Shown one piece after another: positions 27,384 through 39,257 of a stretch of 64,000 nt of DNA; the stretch's first letter is position 1; each line of letters opens with the position of its first letter. The stretch is taken from contig NIVC01001864.1 in the NCBI GenBank assembly GCA_002269645.1, forward strand, positions 80,318 through 144,317. The letters run 5' to 3'. This DNA is from Macrostomum lignano (Eukaryota). The position numbers and the translations under genes were made by a program. Below the pieces are notes generated by a model. It searched no databases, was not told the origin of the DNA, and saw only the letters and a program-made list of their open reading frames with translations.

Positions 27384-27640
27384 AGGGGTCGGCAAAATCC
27401 AGCCCGCGGGCCACATGCATCCGACCTCTGTCCGACCCGCTCAAAGTTTGTGTCTCTTCTCAGCTGTCTTCTCTCTAATCTCCTCTCTTTTCTCTCCTAT
27501 CTCTTATCTCCTTTCTCCTCTCCTCTCCTTTTCTCCCCACTTATTTAATCCCTCCTCTCATTTCGTCTTCTCTGTTAATTCATATACAAAGATCTTTTTT
27601 CACTTGATATAATTAATTCCCCTGCCGCCATTTGGTCCAA
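27384..27640. mobile_element. hAT-type MITE fragment (one terminus)
   Basis: CAGGGGTCGGCAAAATCCAGCCCGCGGGCC is a typical hAT terminus, followed by a CT-rich interior; second TIR not found; coordinates approximate. Confidence 0.5.
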
Positions 27641-28059
27641 GCTATCCGCTTTCTCTCTCTCTCTCTCTCTCTCGTATTTTACTGTCCTCTCAGATGTGTT
27701 GCCAGGCTGTTTGCTAATGAAGCGACTTGTGTTTAACTAAAAAATAGATAGTGGAATTATCTGGCCAGATGGCTCCGGAGGGGGGAGGGGGTTGGCATCC
27801 AGGCCTCCGCGCTCTGCTGTCCATCCGGGTGAATATTTTTGTCTTCTAATGGCTTCTAAAATAGTTAGCTACTAAAAGACTGGAAAATATTTTCTGGCGC
27901 TAGCGCCTACTTGTTGCTTCCTTCGGTTGGAATATTCAATACTGCGTATGGCATTGTAGAGCTTACTGTATGAGCAAAATCCATTATCCGTATTGAGACC
28001 GTCATCAGCTAGATTGGCTCGCCCAATCTGTTGAAAATCAGCCTTTCCAGTCCGTTGAA

Positions 28060-28560
28060 ATGCCATTCTACTCCGTTAGAAATAGCCTTTTTGTTTGCTG
28101 AGAAATCGCCTTTCTAATTCACGAAAAACGACCCTTTCTAATCCACGAGAAATCGCCTTCTGAATCAGTGAGAAAGACTGCTTATTACCTGAGAAAGTGC
28201 CTTCTTTATTCGTGAGAAATCACCCTTCCAATCCGTGAGAAATCACCCTTCTACTCTGTGAGAAGTCGCCCTTCTAAGTTCTAATCTGTGAGAAATCGCC
28301 CTTTCACTCTGTGAGAAGTCGCCCTTCTAATCTGTGAGAAATCGCCCTTTCACTCTGTGAGAAGTCGCCCTTCTAATCTGTGAGAAATCGCCCTTTCACT
28401 CTGTGAGAAGTCGCTCTTCTAATCTGTGACAAGTCGCCCTTCTAAATTGTGAGAAATCGCCTTTCTTATCGGTGAGAAATCGCCCTTCTCATCTGTGAGA
28501 ATTCGCATTTAATCTGTGAGAAATCGCCCTTCTGATCTGAGAAATCTCTCCCTACCTGTG
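28060..28560. repeat. Degenerate ~23-bp minisatellite (GAGAAATCGCCCTTCTAATCTGT)
   Basis: Direct inspection. Confidence 0.85.
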
Positions 28561-28699
28561 AGCATAGCCCGCCCTGTCAGAGAACTGCTCTCATGTTAAT
28601 TCAATAATGCTAATCTTTTAATCACAGCCGTCTGTTGATCAGCATTTTAAGTAAAACGCATTTCGTTAGAAACAGTTTTGTTCACCTTTATCCTTTCAG

Positions 28700-28862
28700 A
28701 GATGTACACCTTCTCTATCGAGTACCTGCCCTCGCCGGACACTGTAGAGGGCGGCGCCACTGTTGGCACCGCGCCAATCAAACAGCGAATCACTTTCGCT
28801 ACTAAAAGTCTGCTGGATAAGGAAGAATGGATGCTAATTTTAATTTATCTGCAATCTTATCA
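28700..28862 (+). CDS. SOS: SOS exon 3 (PH C-terminus)
   Basis: TTTCAG acceptor; YTFSIEY...ITFATKSLLDKEEWMLILIYLQ resembles [28 protein letters not shown] donor phase 2. Confidence 0.9.
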
Positions 28863-29000
28863 GTGAGCTCTATTTCTGCTGTTGTGTTTTCTACTGATTT
28901 TCCGACAAAAGTCCTATCTTTTTTACTAATAGTAGTTAAAGTAGCTTCCAAGCGTTGTTATTTTATATTTACAAGCGAAACTATTTCTAATTTTTTGCAG

Positions 29001-29084
29001 CATGTTTGAAGAGTATCTATCGCTGAAAGGACTCACGGATACGGCGGAAGCGATCCACTTTCCCCAGGATCATCGAGGCTACGA
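29001..29084 (+). CDS. SOS: SOS exon 4 (PH-REM linker)
   Basis: TTTTGCAG acceptor, GTAAGA donor, phases 2/2; HMFEEYLSLKGLTDTAEAIHFPQDHRGY; absent from the ORF track. Confidence 0.85.
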
Positions 29085-29174
29085 GTAAGAGCTGTATTCT
29101 ATCTTTTTAGTCAGCACCATACACATCCATCGGTTCTCTGTGCTATAATGGATATTCTCTGGGTTCTTTTAGCG

Positions 29175-29395
29175 TCTCGAAGATCATGTAGCATCTCTGG
29201 GATCATGTAACATCTCTCGGTTCATGTAACATCTCTGGGCTCATGTAATATCTTCGAGATCATGTAGCATCTCTAGGATCATGTAATATCTCTAGGATCA
29301 TGTAACATTTCTGGGATCATGTCTCCAAGATCATGTAAAATCTATAGGTTCGTATAGCATCTCTGGCATCATGTAACATCTCTGGGACATGTCAT
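29175..29395. repeat. Degenerate ~19-bp repeat (TCATGTAACATCTCTGGGA)
   Basis: Direct inspection. Confidence 0.8.
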
Positions 29396-29524
29396 ACTTC
29401 TGCATGGTGATTAGATCATCACACCATAGAGAGCATATCTCTGACCATGTGACACACAACAGTTCTCTCTAAAATCATTGGTTAGCAAACAAAGGTTCGA
29501 GTGCAATTCCCAAACCTCAATCAG

Positions 29525-29837
29525 GTATTGGCAGCCCGACTCGGATCAGGTGATCGAACTGGAAGAGAACAGCGAGAGCAGCTCAAGCGAGTCGCACGTG
29601 ATTCGCCGGGCAACCCTGAACAAGCTGATCGAGCGGATGACTCACTACAGCGGCAACATTGACAGCCGGCTGATGAAAGTCTTTCTAATGACTTTCAGAT
29701 CTTTCTGCACTCCGCTGCACCTGCTAACTAAGCTAATTAGTCGCTTTAATTTTCCCGAGTACACCTATGTGGATTTTCAAACTGATGACTCCATGATGTC
29801 TGTGGCCCAGGCTCAGCTGAGGAAACGGGAATTCGAG
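29525..29837 (+). CDS. SOS: SOS exon 5 (REM domain)
   Basis: YWQPDS...IRRATLNKLIERMTHY...VFLMTFRSFCTPLHLL resembles IKAGTVIKLIERLTYH...TFLTTYRSFCKPQELL. Confidence 0.93.
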
Positions 29838-29869
29838 GTGTGTCTGTTCAATATGCGACAGATATATAT

Positions 29870-30235
29870 TGATTGATTTGTTGGTTAATTAATTAGTTTA
29901 TTGATTGGTTGGTTGATTGATTGATTGATTGGTTGATTGGTTAATTAGTTGATTAATTGACTGATTGATTGATTGATCGATTGGTTGATTGATTGGTTGG
30001 TTGGTTGATTGGTTAATTAATTGATTAATTGACTGATTGATTGATCGATTGGTTGATTGATTGGTTGGTTGGTTGATTGGTTAATTAATTGATTAATTGA
30101 CTGATTGATTGATTGGTTGATTGATTGATTGATTGATTGGTTGTTTTTTGATTGATCAATTGGTTAATTAATTAGTTTATTGATTGATTGGTTGATTGGT
30201 TAGTTGGTTGTTTAGTTGATTGATTAATTCATTGA
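29870..30235. repeat. (GATT/GGTT)n microsatellite
   Basis: Direct inspection. Confidence 0.9.
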
Positions 30236-30346
30236 TAGATAGATACATAAATAGATCGATGGATTGGTCTTACAAACAATATTCATTCGCAGCACTCATT
30301 AAAAGCCACTTACGTTAACTCACGCCACCCCATTTCGCACTGCCAG

Positions 30347-30511
30347 GACAAGTACTGCCGCAAGGTTAGGCTACGCGTGCTCAAAGTCATGACCACCTGG
30401 ATTGAGAACTATTTTCACGATTTCGGCAAATGCCCAGAATTAGTCAATGGCCTGCGCGACTTTCTCAACGGCCCGTCCGTTGACAAGCTCTACGATATTA
30501 AGAAGTTCCAG
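30347..30511 (+). CDS. SOS: SOS exon 6 (REM C-terminus)
   Basis: VRLRVLKVMTTWIENYFHDF resembles [20 protein letters not shown]; GCCAG acceptor, GTAAGA donor. Confidence 0.93.
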
Positions 30512-30595
30512 GTAAGAGGAAAAGACTGCCGATCATTTTATAATTGTCCATTTATGAAAAAGTAACACCGGCTCTCATTGAAACAATCACTCAAG

Positions 30596-30970
30596 GTGCC
30601 CAACCTGTTGAAGCAGCTGGACCGCAGGAGCCGAGGCGAGGGCAGACGCGAGCTGGTCCAGTCCATCGAAGACTATCCAGAGGTGCTTTGGCACACGGCC
30701 AGAGACAAGCGCGAATTCAACATTATGACTTTGCATCCTCTGGAATTGGCACGGCAAATCACCCTGTACATGTTCTCGTTGTACATGCGTATCGAGCCCT
30801 GGGAGCTGGTCACTGGGGACTGGATGAAGACTAAAGAAAAGCAGCTGAGAGCGCCAAATGTGCACAACTTGATTCGCTACACTAACAGGCTGACTTGGTG
30901 GTGCTGCCTCAATGTGCTGAAAACCAATCATCTGGAGGAGAGGCGCTGCGTGTTGCTGAGGATATACGAG
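30596..30970 (+). CDS. SOS: SOS exon 7 (CDC25 domain N-part)
   Basis: FNIMTLHPLELARQITL...IEPWELV...W.K..K...APNV...TNRLT.W...LEERRCVLLRIYE; follows an 84-bp intron; GTATTC donor. Confidence 0.93.
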
Positions 30971-30979
30971 GTATTCAAT

Positions 30980-32390
30980 TGTGTCTGTAGGTGTTGCTAT
31001 GTGTCTGGGTGTTGCTATGTGTCTGGGTGTTGGTATGTGTCTGTAGGTGTTGCTATGTGTCTGGGTGTTGGTATGTGTCTGTAGGTGTTGCTATGTGTCT
31101 GGGTGTTGCTATGTGTCTGGGTGTTGGTATGTGTCTGTAGGTGCCTGTAGGTGTTGCTATGTGTCTGTATGTGTTGGTATGTGTCTGTAGGTGTTGCTAT
31201 GTGTCTGTGGGTGTTGGTATGTGTCTGTAGGTGCCTGTAGGTGTTGCTATGTGTCTGTAGGTGTTGCTATGTGTCTGTGGGTGTTGGTATGTGTCTGTAG
31301 GTGTCTGTAGGTGTTGCTATGTGTCTGTAGGTGTAGGTATGTGCCTGTAGGTGTTGGTACGTGCCTGTAGGTGTTGGTATGTGTTTGCAGGTGTTGCTAT
31401 GTGTCTGTAGGTGTTGCTATGTGTCTGGGTGTTGCTATGTGTCTGTAGGTGTTGCTATGTGTCTGTGGGTGTTGGTATGTGTCTGTAGGTGTCTGTAGGT
31501 GTTGCTATGTGTCTGTAGGTGTAGGTATGTGCCTGTAGGTGTTGGTACGTGCCTGTAGGTGTTGGTATGTGTTTGCAGGTGTTGCTATGTATCTGTATGT
31601 GTTGCTATGTGTCTGTAGGTGTTGCTATGTGTCTGTAGGTGTTGCTATGTGTCTGGGTGTTGCATTGTGTCTGTAGGTGTTGCTATGTGTCTGTATGTGC
31701 TGCTATGTGTCTGTAGGTGTTGCTATGTGTCTGTATGTGTTGGTATGTGTCTGTAGGTGTTGGTATGTGTCTGTAGGTGTTGGTATGTGTCTGTAGGTGT
31801 CTGTAGGTGTTGCTATGTGTCTGTAAGTGTAGGTATGTGTCTCTAGGTGTTGGTACGTGTCTGCAGGTGTTGCTATGTGTCTGGGTGTTGCATTGTGTCT
31901 GTAGGTGTTGCTATGTGTCTGTATGTGCTGCTATGTGTCTGTAGGTGTTGCTATGTGTCTGTATGTGTTGGTATGTGTCTGTAGGTGTTGGTATGTGTCT
32001 GTAGGTGTTGGTATGTGTCTGTAGGTGTTGCTATGTGTCTGGGTGTTGCATTGTGTCTGTAGGTGTTGCTATGTGTCTGTATGTGCTGCTATGTGTCTGT
32101 AGGTGTTGCTATGTGTCTGTATGTGTTGGTATGTGTCTGTAGGTGTTGGTACGTGCCTGTAGGTGTTGGTATGTGTTTGCAGGTGTTGCTATGTATCTGT
32201 ATGTGTTGCTATGTGTCTGTAGGTGTTGCTATGTGTCTGTAGGTGTTGGTATGTGTCTGTAAGTGTAGGTATGTGTCTCTAGGTGTTGGTACGTGTCTGC
32301 AGGTGTTGCTATGTGTCTGTAGGTGTTGGTATGTCTCTGTAGGTGTTGGTCTGTGTCTATAGGTGTTAGCATGTGTTTGCAGGTGTTGGT
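30980..32390. repeat. ~20-bp GT-rich minisatellite (GTGTCTGTAGGTGTTGCTAT)
   Basis: Direct inspection. Confidence 0.93.
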
Positions 32391-32565
32391 AGGTAAAGTC
32401 TGTGCTGCATTATTGGGGATTTTAAGTGGGTATGTTTGCAGGTCATTTCTATGCTGGTATTTCTAGTTATACTCGTAGTAACATTGTTAATAAGTTACAG
32501 TTAATAAGCTGTCAAGTATCTCTATAGACTTCAACCAATCCCATTCTCACCCGAACTCGGCCCAG

Positions 32566-32958
32566 ATCATGAAGTACTTCCGTTCGTTAAACAACTTCCT
32601 TGGCCTGGCCGCACTGGACAGCGTGTTCGTGAACTCCTCAATCCAGTACATCCGGCTGCAGCACACCTGGAAGCTAATTAAGAACGGCAAAGATAATAAG
32701 TTCCTCGAACAGGTGCAAGAGCTAGTCAGCAATGGCAACACAATGCGGCAGTACGATGAGTTATTGCGCACACTGGACACGGCCTGCGTGCCAAACCTGC
32801 GCTACCATCTCAGCCTCATCTTCCGGCTATTGGAAATCAACAGGGTCAAAGGCGACCAGCAGCAACAGCAGCAGCAACTGACTGCCGGGAGGACGACCGC
32901 GTTAACCACAGCCGAGGCCGATGCCACCGTTATGATTCCGTTCTTCTGCTACCGACAG
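32566..32958 (+). CDS. SOS: SOS exon 8 (CDC25 catalytic core, helical hairpin)
   Basis: LNNFLG...RLQHTW...CVPNLRYHLSLIFRLLEIN; CCCAG acceptor, GTTCGC donor, phases 0/0. Confidence 0.9.
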
Positions 32959-32971
32959 GTTCGCTTTCACT

Positions 32972-33535
32972 GTCTCCCCCACTCTGGATAAGGACTGTCT
33001 GCCCCACTCTGGATAAGGACTGTCTCCCCCACTCTGGATAAGGATTGTCTGCCCCCACTCTGGATAAGGACTGTCTGCCCCACTCTGGATAAGGACTGTC
33101 TCCCCCACTCTGGATAAGGACTGTCTCCCCCACTCTGGATAAGGACTGTCTCCCCCACTCTGGATAAGGATTGTCTGCCCCCACTCTGGATAAGGACTGT
33201 CTCCCCCACTCTGGATAAGGACTGTCTGCCCCACTGGATAAGGATTGTCTGCCCCCACTCTGGATAAGGACTGTCTGCCCCACTCTGGATAAGGACTGTC
33301 TCCCCCACTCTGGATAAGGACTGTCTCCCCCACTCTGGATAAGAACTGTCTCCCCCACTCTGGATAAGGACTGTCTCCCCCACTCTGGATAAGGACTGTC
33401 TGCCCCACTCTGGATAAGGACTGTCTGCCCCACTCTGAATAAGGACTGTCTGCCCCACTCTGGATAAGGACTTTCTCCCCCACTCTGGATAAGGAATGTC
33501 TCCCCCACTCTGGATAAGGATTGTCCCCCCACTTC
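32972..33535. repeat. 25-bp minisatellite (CTGGATAAGGACTGTCTCCCCCACT) with a degenerate tail to ~33690
   Basis: Direct inspection. Confidence 0.93.
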
Positions 33536-33780
33536 GGATAAAGACCCAGTTACTATGGATAAAGACCAATGGCTGCGGATAAAGAATCATGGCTATGAAT
33601 TGAAACCTATGGCTATGGATTGAAACTCATGGCTATGGATAAAGACCCCTGACTATGGATAAAGACCCAGTTACTATGAATAAGGACTGTCCCGCTGCGT
33701 ATAAAGCCCCAAACTTTCTTTTAGTCAGTCCGTTTTAGTCTCACTAACAGCACTGCCTGTTTCGATGACGTCACCCGCAG

Positions 33781-34303
33781 GTCGCAGAGCGCATAGACGA
33801 GCTGCTCAAAGCCAAGGACACTCGCTATCAGCTGCGCGAAGAGCCATCAATCCAAGAATTCGTCCGCGACATCAACCCGATGCGCGACCTGGAACTGGAA
33901 GAGGTTGACGACACTAACCAGAACCAGCGCCTATTGGATAACATATTCTATCGAATGAGCAACGAGCTGGAGCCCAAGGACGCCGACGAAGACTCGCTGA
34001 AGCGATCGGGCGCCAGGCGGTTCTCTTCTGAGGCGCTCCGCTCCCCGACTGTCAACGGCGGCGGCAGCGGAGGCGGCGTTGGCGGCGGCGGCAAATCGGC
34101 GAAGAAATCGTCAGCTGGCGGAGGCGGCGGCGCCAGACTGACCTCTGCGCCGTTTATCCAGAGCAGCTCCAGGCCGACATCGCCTCTGCGAGATGCTCAG
34201 CAGCAGCCGCCGACGCCTCATCAAATTGTGCACTCCGGCAAGTCTAGCGCCGGAGGCAGCTCGGGTCTGACGTCACCGAATGGACCGATTGCGCAATCGC
34301 CGA
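33781..34303 (+). CDS. SOS: SOS exon 9 (CDC25 end and start of disordered tail)
   Basis: CCCGCAG acceptor; VAERIDELL...YQLREEPSIQEFVRDINPM...SNELEPK resembles [34 protein letters not shown]...SLEIEPR; GTGAGT donor phase 1. Confidence 0.92.
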
Positions 34304-34577
34304 GTGAGTAGCTGGGTCACGTGATGCGGTTTGTAATTCGATTGCTAACTAAATTAGTTACTGGATATAAAAGCTATCGCATCTTAGCTACTAAATAGTA
34401 GCGAGAAACGGATGGGGAACCAATTCAATAGAGCCTGCAATTCGCTGGTAGTTGAAAAATCGACAAAGAACTTGTTTCTAAGGAAGTTTCCGTATTGATA
34501 ATTCTCTTCTAGACTAATTTTCATTTAAAATCGTTTCGCAAAGTGAATAAGATTGCCTATTTTATCCTTCCTCGCAG

Positions 34578-34592
34578 GATTCTTTCGCTTCG
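34578..34592 (+). CDS. SOS: Candidate 15-nt SOS microexon (RFFRF)
   Basis: Pyrimidine tract TTTATCCTTCCTCGCAG, GTACGT donor, symmetric phase 1, no stop. Confidence 0.45.
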
Positions 34593-34894
34593 GTACGTTG
34601 CCAATAAAAAAATCCCTTTTAAACCAATACAAACCGTTCTTTAATGTCGGGTCTCTTATTACGTTATTAATCGATTTTTATAGATTTCTAAACCACTAAA
34701 TTACACTTATAAGTTAACTAATATTTAAAATAATGTATAGGTAATATTAATTCGCTCTTTAACTATTGTTTCAATATTCAAGGATCCAGTTGTAAGGGCA
34801 AGTTAAGGGCAAGTTTAGGATTGTGTGATAAACTCCGTTTGCGTATACCCAACTTCAAATGCGTAATGGTGTCTGAGAGCGGGACAATGCAAGT

Positions 34895-36830
34895 GTCCGG
34901 GAGTGTCTGGGAAAGTCTATGGGAGTGTCTGGGAAGGTCTATGGGACTGTCTGGGAAAGTCTATGGGACTGTCTGGGAAAGTCTATGGGGCTGTCTGGGA
35001 AAGTCTATGGGACTGTCTGGGAAAGTCTATGGGACTGTCTGGGAAAGTCTATGGGACTGTCTGGGAAAGTCTATGGGACTGTCTGGGAAAGTCTATGGGA
35101 CTGTCTGGGAAAGTCTATGGGACTGTCTGGGAAAGTCTATGGGACTGTCTGGGAAAGTCTATGGGACTGTCTGGGAAAGTCTATGGGACTGTCTGGGAAA
35201 GTCTATGGGACTGTCTGGGAAAGTCTATGGGACTGTCTGGGAAAGTCTATGGGACTGTCTGGGAGACTGTTCGGCAGTGTCTATGGGAGTGTCGGGGACT
35301 GTCTGGAAGAGTATCTATAGGAGTGTCTGGAAGAGTATCTATAGGAGTGTCTGGAAGAGTATCTATAGGAGTGTCTGGAAGAGTATCTATAGGAGTGTCT
35401 GGAAGAGTATCTATAGGAGTGTCTGGAAGAGTATCTATAGGAGTGTCTGGAAGAGTATCTATAGGAATGTCTGGAAGAGTATCTATAGGAGTGTCTGGGA
35501 GAGTATCTATAGGACTGTCTGGAAGAGTATCTATAGGACTGTCTGGAAGAGTATCTATAGGAGTGTCTGGAAGAGTATCTATAGGAGTGTCTGGGAGAGT
35601 ATCTATAGGAGTGTCTGGAAGAGTATCTATAGGACTGTCTGGAAGAGTATCTATAGGACTGTCTGGAAGAGTATCTATAGGAGTGTCTGGGAGAGTATCT
35701 ATAGGAGTGTCTGGAAGAGTATCTATAGGACTGTCTGGAAGAGTATCTATAGGACTGTCTGGAAGAGTATCTATAGGAGTGTCTGGAAGAGTATCTATAG
35801 GAGTGTCTGGAAGAGTATCTATAGGAGTGTCTGGAAGAGTATCTATAGGACTGTCTGGAAGAGTATCTATAGGACTGTCTGGAAGAGTATCTATAGGACT
35901 GTCTGGAAGAGTATCTATAGGAGTGTCTGGAAGAGTATCTATAGGAGTGTCTGGGAGAGTATCTATAGGACTGTCTGGAAGAGTATCTATAGGAGTGTCT
36001 GGGAGAGTATCTATAGGAGTGTCTGGAAGAGTATCTATATGACTGTCTGGAAGAGTATCTATAGGACTGTCTGGAAGAGTATCTATAGGAGTGTCTGGGA
36101 GAGTATCTATAGGAGTGTCTGGAAGAGTATCTATAGGACTGTCTGGAAGAGTATCTATAGGAGTGTCTGGAAGAGTATCTATAGGAGTGTCTGGAAGAGT
36201 ATCTATAGGAGTGTCTGGGAGAGTATCTATAGGACTGTCTGGAAGAGTATCTATAGGAGTGTCTGGGAGAGTATCTATAGAAGTGTCTGGGAGAGTATCT
36301 ATAGGAGTGTCTGGAAGAGTATCTATAGGAGTGTCTGGGAGAGTATCTATAGGAGTGTCTGGAAGAGTATCTATAGGACTGTCTGGAAGAGTATCTATAG
36401 GACTGTCTGGAAGAGTATCTATAGGACTGTCTGGAAGAGTATCTATAGGAGTGTCTGGAAGAGTATCTATAGGACTGTCTGGAAGAGTATCTATAGGACT
36501 GTCTGGACGAGTATCTATAGAAGTGTCTGGGAGAGTATCTATAGGAGTGTCTGGAAGAGTATCTATAGGAGTGTCTGGGAGAGTATCTATAGGACTGTCT
36601 GGAAGAGTATCTATAGGACTGTCTGGAAGAGTATCTATAGGAGTGTCTGGAAGAGTATCTATAGGACTGTCTGGAAGAGTATCTATAGGACTGTCTGGAA
36701 GAGTATCTATAGAAGTGTCTGGGAGAGTATCTATAGGAGTGTCTGGAAGAGTATCTATAGGAGTGTCTGGGAGAGTATCTATAAGAATGTCTGGGAGAGT
36801 GTTCGGCAGTGTCTATGGTAGTGTCGGGGA
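34895..36830. repeat. Compound satellite: a 22-bp block (GTCTGGGAAAGTCTATGGGACT) then a 24-bp block (GTCTGGAAGAGTATCTATAGGAGT)
   Basis: Direct inspection; switch near 35270-35290. Confidence 0.95.
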
Positions 36831-37286
36831 GTGTGGCTACAATCATGAAGCACCCTAATAGATTGACTCGCAGGTCAGGGGCAGCTGTATTGGCCTCAGT
36901 AGGACAGGGCATCAATCAGACAACACTACTGCGCATGTCCCATTCCTGTGACTTAAGTGATTTTTCTAATTAACAAGAAATCCATCCAATCCATTCATTG
37001 TTTTGCTTGCCTGTCCCAAATGTGTTTTGCATGGCACTTGTTGCAGTAAAGTTTGAAAAATATTAGAATTGCAATGTACTGCTAGGAGGCTGCTGTGAGA
37101 TTGTTTAAACGAATCAGTGTTCCGTTTTGATGGGGCCAGCATAGTTTGACTGTCTATGCATCGCAATCGAGCATGCTGCTCGCTGTCTCGTACAAATAGT
37201 GTTTTTCTCTATTGTTAATATTTACCTACATGACTAACCCAAGTGACTGACCGTGCTCTCCCTTTATTTCTGCATTCAAATTTCAG

Positions 37287-37319
37287 TAGTTGAAGACCTG
37301 ACTCGGCAGGACAGTGCAG
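37287..37319 (+). CDS. SOS: Candidate 33/30-nt SOS small exon (VVEDLTRQDSA) with NAGNAG acceptor
   Basis: Pyrimidine tract, CAGTAG tandem acceptor, CAG|GTAAAA donor, symmetric phase 1, open frame. Confidence 0.5.
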
Positions 37320-37486
37320 GTAAAAAAACCGAAAGCGCCAGAATTTGTGTTATTGCGATTTTTCTGTTTGACTGTTTTTCATTTTCTCTAACTACTGCTA
37401 CTATTGTGTCGGATATCAGTAGCATAATTTGCGCATGTCAATCATTATAATGATATAATAATCTGCATTTCTGTTTGAAATTGCAG

Positions 37487-37860
37487 ACCATTCTCGCAGC
37501 ATCTCCGACCCCGTGCCGGCGGCAGTTGGCGCCGCCGTCGTCTCTGGCGGCGGCAGCGGCAGCCCGGCAGCAGCGCCGGCGGCTGGAGGCGGAGGCGTCC
37601 TGGCCAGCCACAGCAACAGCAACAGCGGCAGCAGTCAGCTGCCTCCGCTGCCGCCCAGGCAGACGGCCGGTTTGAAGTCGGCAGCGGCCGCTGTAAAATC
37701 GGCCGCCGTTGCGACAGCCACTGCGACGGCGGCAGCTGCGTCGGCGTCAACCGGAGCGGCGCCGCCTCTGCCGCCCCGAGCTCGCAAGTCGGCTCCGCCG
37801 CCGTCTTTGCCGCCCAGAACTTCATTGCGCAGCAGTTCGGTCAGCAATCCGACTCAATAG
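37487..37860 (+). CDS. SOS: SOS last exon (proline-rich Grb2-SH3-binding tail)
   Basis: TTGCAG acceptor phase 1; LPPLPPR, PPLPPR and PPSLPPR are class II PxxPxR motifs; TAG at 37858-37860. The ten core exons sum to 4653 nt (1550 aa plus stop). Confidence 0.88.
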
Positions 37861-38269
37861 GGATTATTTTCTATCCTTACATTTCCCCTGTTGATTTTGT
37901 TTCCCGCGTCCTTCATTAATCCGCTTTTTGCTACCTACCTCCTTGTCAGTAGTCTGTGCGGCTTATGTTAAACTATTGTTATTAGAAAGTTTGTAATAAT
38001 AATTTGAATTCCAGTAAAAAATTGAATGACTCTGTGTTTTATAAATTCTCAATCCCCTGCTTAGCTTCTATTGCTCTGATAATTGCCTGTGCCGATTGGC
38101 CTGCTCCCTGGAAACTGCATTAGCTCTGTAGCTCAGCATTACACAATTGTGAGCTGTTGGATCTTTGGTATCGAATATTTTGCAATATTTGCTTCGCATT
38201 GTTGTCTTGTTGCTTTATAACTCCAGTTTTTGCGTTTGTATCTGGGTGAGATTGACATGGTTGGGGGAG

Positions 38270-38660
38270 TGAGACTTCTGAGTCTCTATGCCAGTAAATG
38301 GTGAGATTTCCGAGTCTCTATGCAGTAAAGGGTGAGATTTCCGAGTCTCTATGCCAGTAAAGGGTGAGATTTTCAAGGAGTCTATGTCAATAAGAGGTGA
38401 GATTTCTGAGTCTCTATGCCAGTAAAGGGTGAGATTTCCGAGTCTCTATGTTAGTAAAAGGTGAGATTTCCGAGTCTCTATGCCAGTAAAGGGTGAGATT
38501 TCCGAGTCTCTATGCCAATAAGGGATGAGATTTCCGAGTCTCTATGCCAATAAGGGGTGAGATTTCCGAGTCTCTATGCCAATAAGGGGTGAGATTTCTG
38601 AGTCTCTATGCTAGTAAAAGATGAGATTTCCGAGTCTCTATGCCAGTAAAGGGTGAGATT
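38270..38660. repeat. 32-bp minisatellite downstream of the SOS stop
   Basis: Unit GTGAGATTTCCGAGTCTCTATGCCAGTAAAGG. Confidence 0.9.
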
Positions 38661-39257
38661 TAGATTTTTCATGTTTAATTATCCAGCAGACTGCACAGTC
38701 CTTGTAATTAGTGTTTATCCCAGCTTGCATGTTTGTTATGATATTTGTGCATAACAGAAAAATATTGGTCAAATTGTAGAATCCGTGCATTCGTTTAAAG
38801 CTACTAAATATTGCAGAGCGGGAGTTTCAGTTATTGCATATATTTCGATGTGGTACATCTGGCTATCAATTGATAATGCATATGCTTGTGCTTGTTAAGC
38901 AATGCAGGTCTTGTATGTGCATTTTTTCAACTGTAGAAATACTTGTGTATATATATACATATATTTACTGCAGATCGATAATAACCCTAAAGTCTGATCT
39001 TTCTATTTTTGTCCGATATCTGTACATATATTTGTTGTATAAATACAAATTATTATAAATATATTTACATACAAATACAAACTAAGATTTTAGCATATTT
39101 TCGTGGCCCTTTGGGCCTCTGTGTTTATGCTTGGTGATTAAATGTCGTGCCTGGTTTTTTGATTTGTTCGCTTTCAGTTACTTCTGTCAAATTAAATTTA
39201 CAGTAGTGCTTAATACTATTGGATTGTCTGGGAGTGAGTATATGATAGTGTCTTTAA

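Noticed and set aside
34821-36915. 666-aa VWKSIYRS and 544-aa RHSYRYSS ORFs resembling structural or RS proteins
   Set aside because: 22/24-bp satellite inside a SOS intron, open in multiple frames and strands
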